A stretch of DNA of 64,000 nt. Source: Eledone cirrhosa (Eukaryota). The notes below the pieces were generated by a model that made no database searches, was not told the origin of the DNA, and saw nothing but the letters and a program-made list of their open reading frames with translations. Numbering within the stretch: the first letter of the stretch is position 1; every line of letters starts with the position of its first letter. Below are positions 60,392 to 64,000 of the stretch, piece after piece. The position numbers were made by a program, and so were the translations under genes. Location of the stretch: the NCBI GenBank assembly GCA_964016885.1, contig OZ024754.1:22692001-22756000 (forward strand), read 5' to 3'.

Positions 60392-60540
60392 ATAGGAAAA
60401 TGTTTGACCCTAACGGCAGAGCTCAAGCTGTTTCGACGGGGTCAAACATTTTCCTATTACCCACTCTACTACCCTAAGTATTGAGTACTCTGGTGCGTTA
60501 TGATCCATCTGGTTCCTTACCACACCTCCTTCGTTATATA
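60392..60540. repeat. Short repeat (same family as 23018-23170) ending in a fold-back hairpin
   Basis: taggaaaatgtttgaccc/gggtcaaacattttccta; attacccactctactaccctaagtattgagtact is shared with 23066-23100. Confidence 0.8.
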
Positions 60541-60630
60541 TATATATATATATATATATAAACAAGGTTTAGTAAATAATGAAAAAGTTTCAAAATAAAT
60601 TTTAAAAAATTGACTTTACCTACTATAGTT

Positions 60631-60714
60631 ACCTTTACCGATCGGTTTCGAATCCCAAAAATAAAACGTAGGCCATACGGCCTTCGTTGCAAAGAGAGAT
60701 TCTCGTCAGAAGGT
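60631..60714 (-). ncRNA. Type I hammerhead with extended stem II
   Basis: Minus strand: acctt-CTGACGA-gaatctc..aggcc gtat ggcct..gggattc-GAAA-ccgatcgg-TA-aaggt. Confidence 0.85.
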
Positions 60715-61113
60715 TCTTTTCATTCAAAGAATATAAAATTCCTGAATTTAAATCACAAACTAGCGCTATCAAAGACTGTTCCTGGGATGAGAGTGGATGA
60801 TGTAGAACAGGTTTATCAAGGGCCGTAGTAAAGATAGAGGCAAAAGGAGGTAGGTCAAACTAGCCACCGCTGTTATCAGCAGCAGTCGGAATGACCCGGT
60901 TTGTTCTCAACGTTTGTGGAGGTAGTAGTAATATGAAATACGTCCTTTCACGCACAAGGCGCCAAGGTACGCATGTATTGTCCAACCAAGTGCCAGTGTG
61001 GTTCAATGGCGGGTTAATAAATTAACGAGCCAGAACAAATATAAACAAGGTTTAGTAAATAATGAAAAAGTTTCAAAATAAATTTTAAAAAATTGACTTT
61101 ACCTACTATAGTT

Positions 61114-61197
61114 ACCTTTACCGATCGGTTTCGAATCCCAAAAATAAAACGTAGGCCATACGGCCTTCGTTGCAAAGAGAGATTCTCGTCAGAAGGT
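61114..61197 (-). ncRNA. Type I hammerhead (second copy)
   Basis: Identical to 60631-60714. Confidence 0.85.
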
Positions 61198-61530
61198 TCT
61201 TTTCATTCAAAGAATATAAAATTCCTGAATTTAAATCACAAACTAGCGCTATCAAAGACTGTTCCTGGGATGGGATTCGAAACCGATCGGTAAAGGTAAC
61301 TATAGTAGGTAAAGTCAATTTTTTAAAATTTATTTTGAAACTTTTTCATTATTTACTAAACCTTGTTTATATTCGTTCTGGCTCGTTAATTTATTAACCC
61401 GCCATTGAACCACACTGGCACTTGGTTGGACAATACATGCGTACCTTGGCGCCTTGTGCGTGAAAGGACGTATTTCATATATATATATATATGTATATAT
61501 AAATATGTGTATATATATATATGTGTATAT

Positions 61531-62030
61531 ATCATCATCATCATCATTATCGTTTAACATCCATCTTCCATGCTAGCATTGGTTAGATGGGAGTTGTCCC
61601 AATTTGTCAAGGTTGGTCGGGTGACCGTGTCTCGCTCATATAAGACTATCTGGCAGGTTTTCTATGGCTGGATGCCCTTCCTAACACCAGCCACATTTAC
61701 AGTGTGGACTGGGAACTTTTTACCGTGTTACCTACATGGTCACATTACAGTGTGGACTGTGTGGTTTTTTGTCGTGACACCTACACGATCTCGATCTCAT
61801 TAATTTGGACTGGATGTTGTGGTACCAACTTTACAGAGAGAGAGTGGGAGGATAGGGTAGGGGTAGTGGATTGGGGTGTATATTTGGTTAAGAGGTGCCT
61901 ACTGACTGTAGGTTTCGCTTTGTACATAGGCAAGGTGGGTCTTCTTTGTTACTGCGTAGCGCCAAAGATTTGGTCCAGTGACATTGTCTTAGAGAGGTAT
62001 AAGTGTGTAAGGTTGGAATTTATCAAATCG
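61531..62030 (-). mobile_element. 3' fragment of the RTE-like family of 3560-7195
   Basis: (atc)n tail; ggctggatgcccttcctaaca; homologous to ~6720-7195. Confidence 0.85.
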
Positions 62031-62405
62031 TGTGTATATATGTATGTGTGTATATATATATGTCTGTATATATATATGTCTGTGTATATATATGTGTGTA
62101 TATATATATATGTATGTGTATATATGTATATATGTGTATATATATGTAAATGTATATATATGTATATATATATGTGTGTGTGTAAAATAAAATTATTTAA
62201 AAAATGGAATTATAATCTTTGATGAAGAGAAAAGCATGGATCAACCACGCTTTTCTCTGTATGTATATATATATATATATATACAAAGCTCAAAATTATG
62301 TAGAGAATGATAGTATATAATTGCTAAGTAGTTTCAGAATTAGTTCAATGTATTTATATATTGGTCTGAAGAAAAGGTAGAGAAAAAGTTAGAAAGGCAG
62401 ACAAA

Positions 62406-63021
62406 CACAGAGCAAATATATATGTTTCTTTTATTTGCCACCAGGGCATCAAAAGTGGGACAAGTACAATGGGGGGAGTTTACAAAACAAGGCGTCCTCA
62501 ATAAGGAGGAGGCAATAACAATATATAAGAATAAAATAAAATATAACAAAAATAAAATTTATAACAAAGTCCTCAATAGAGAGGAGGCGCCTTGGGGGGT
62601 CGCACACACCCCCGAAAAAAGTGTGCAACCCTTCTCCCCAGGAGCACAGAGAAGGGGTGCTCCCTTGGTCTTTCATCTTCCTCACCTATAGTCTGATGTA
62701 GAGTGAAGGCCCATTCACACATCTTTCATAGAAACGGCTGGGGTGCAGCACCTCTCTCTCCATCCTGATCCTTCTTCCGAAATGATATCGGAAGAAACGG
62801 ACCAGTTGTTGGCCAGAGAGAAAGGTATCTGACCTCAGTCCTTTCAGACGCGTCCACCATACAACCTCTTTCGCCATGGCTATTACGCACAGAAACACCG
62901 CCTCTCCTTCGTTTTTGAAGAGGGGAGGCGGCTTGATCGTTACAATAGACTCGGTGGTCAACCGGATCGGTCCCACCCTTGACAGCAGTTGTTCGACATA
63001 GCCCCACAGAGCAAATATATA
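62406..63021 (-). mobile_element. Tx1/L1-group LINE 3' fragment with 17 bp target-site duplication
   Basis: cacagagcaaatatata at 62406-62422 and 63005-63021; ORF ..AKEVVWWTRLKG..RIRMEREVL..RFYER; AATAAA at the 3' end. Confidence 0.75.
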
Positions 63022-63470
63022 GATGGAAAATTTGCTTTTAAATCATTTTTAATTCCTCACACGTTTCAAGATAGTTGAACATGAAATTATTTGAAGAATG
63101 TTAGGTGAAAATCCGTTTAATCAAAATCTACACATACCTTTTACCCTAGGGGTAGATTCTTCATTAAGCAACCTAAAGTTATAAAGCTCAGCAGTTTCAT
63201 GAGCAAAAAGACAGAATTGTTCATCTTAATTGATCATCAGTTCGTTTTATCAGAAATGGCCCAATCCACAGAGGGTGTTCTGATTATATTTATAAGAAAA
63301 TTTATTAATCTGTTGCTGAATATTGTGTGTCCAGCATGGTGAACAATGCTGCATGCATGAATAGATCTAACAACAGTAAATATTTGTATATCAGAGACTC
63401 TTACAAGAAAAAGCAGACATTAAACAGTGATGAGGATGAGAGGAATTATAATATTGGCGAGTACACTGAA

Positions 63471-64000
63471 CTAGTCGATTACATATCGTAGAACTTTTGT
63501 CTCAATAAATACAACATCATCGGGTTCTGTAACATCCCTATGGTTGCCAGCAGGATCTCTGGTAATATCACAACTGTTATCAAGTAAAGACATCTTTTTT
63601 AAGGTTTGAGGTGAGAGCAAAGGCTGAGAATTTGAAGATGTGGAAAAGGGGCTAGGGGGCATAGTTTCTTGGCTTTCATTTATATTTTTATCCTCCCAAT
63701 CAGGATCACATTCACTGTTTTGAGAGTCACTGAGGACTATAGTGGATCCTGATAAAGCTGTGGCATTTGAATTCATTGTGTGATTTCTATCAAGAGAATT
63801 ATGATTATTATTGAAAATACAGTCAACATCTTTCTCCTCATCAGATTCACAACATTGTTGTTGAGTGATGCAATGTTCATCTTTATTGCTAACATATTTC
63901 CTTTTAGTATTAATTACACCAGTACAGTTTTCTAAAACAACTGTATGGGGTGGAAGAGGAAGAGCTAACTCAGTGTTGTTCAGCAATAGACTATCACATG
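63471..64000 (-). CDS. Probable exon of a host gene (Ser/Asp/Asn-rich disordered region); product not identified
   Basis: Non-repetitive 171+ codon open frame running to the window edge with no TE motifs; AATAAA on the minus strand at ~63301-63306. Confidence 0.5.
   Translation of the reverse strand, partial: CDSLLLNNTELALPLPPHTVVLENCTGVINTKRKYVSNKDEHCITQQQCCESDEEKDVDCIFNNNHNSLDRNHTMNSNATALSGSTIVLSDSQNSECDPDWEDKNINESQETMPPSPFSTSSNSQPLLSPQTLKKMSLLDNSCDITRDPAGNHRDVTEPDDVVFIETKVLRYVID

Larger units (their letters stand above)
60558..61480 (-). mobile_element. 483 bp-period HHR repeat (1.5 tandem units) plus inverted end; retrozyme/pLTR-like
   Basis: 60558-60790 = 61041-61272; 61272-61478 is the reverse complement of ~60933-61140. 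Confidence 0.85.

Noticed and set aside
60610-61318. Three ORFs sharing the start MTLPTIVTFTDRFRIP
   Set aside because: A consequence of the tandem and inverted repeat; they overlap the ribozyme and show no protein motif
62215-62262. TTGATGA followed by a 10 bp hairpin (agagaaaagc/gcttttctct)
   Set aside because: No GAAA or stem III follows before the microsatellite; possibly a truncated HHR but unsupported

Overview
AT-rich eukaryotic genomic DNA, most likely a cephalopod such as an octopus. That assignment is inferred only from the SINE/LINE types and the extreme (TA)n/(CA)n/(CT)n density. The window is almost entirely retroelements and microsatellites: RTE-type LINEs, a Dong/R4-like RLE element in (TAA)n, CR1 and Tx1 3' fragments, tRNA-derived SINEs and several Penelope-like elements (PLE; RT plus GIY-YIG). 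One probable host exon lies at the right end. Nearly all long ORFs are broken by stops or frameshifts, and the [12 protein letters not shown] ORFs are microsatellite artefacts. The main signal is non-coding. By eye I find about 35 type I hammerhead ribozyme (HHR) motifs from about 16 sequence families, most with a palindromic stem III that differs between families. The centrepiece is a near-perfect array of 310-bp units (24684-28522) carrying 12 HHRs in two divergent arms, which matches a non-LTR retrozyme (circular-RNA-producing retroelement). Many HHR elements sit in (TA)n tracts and end in an inverted copy of their own terminus. All folds were assigned manually, element boundaries are approximate, and ribozyme activity is untested.
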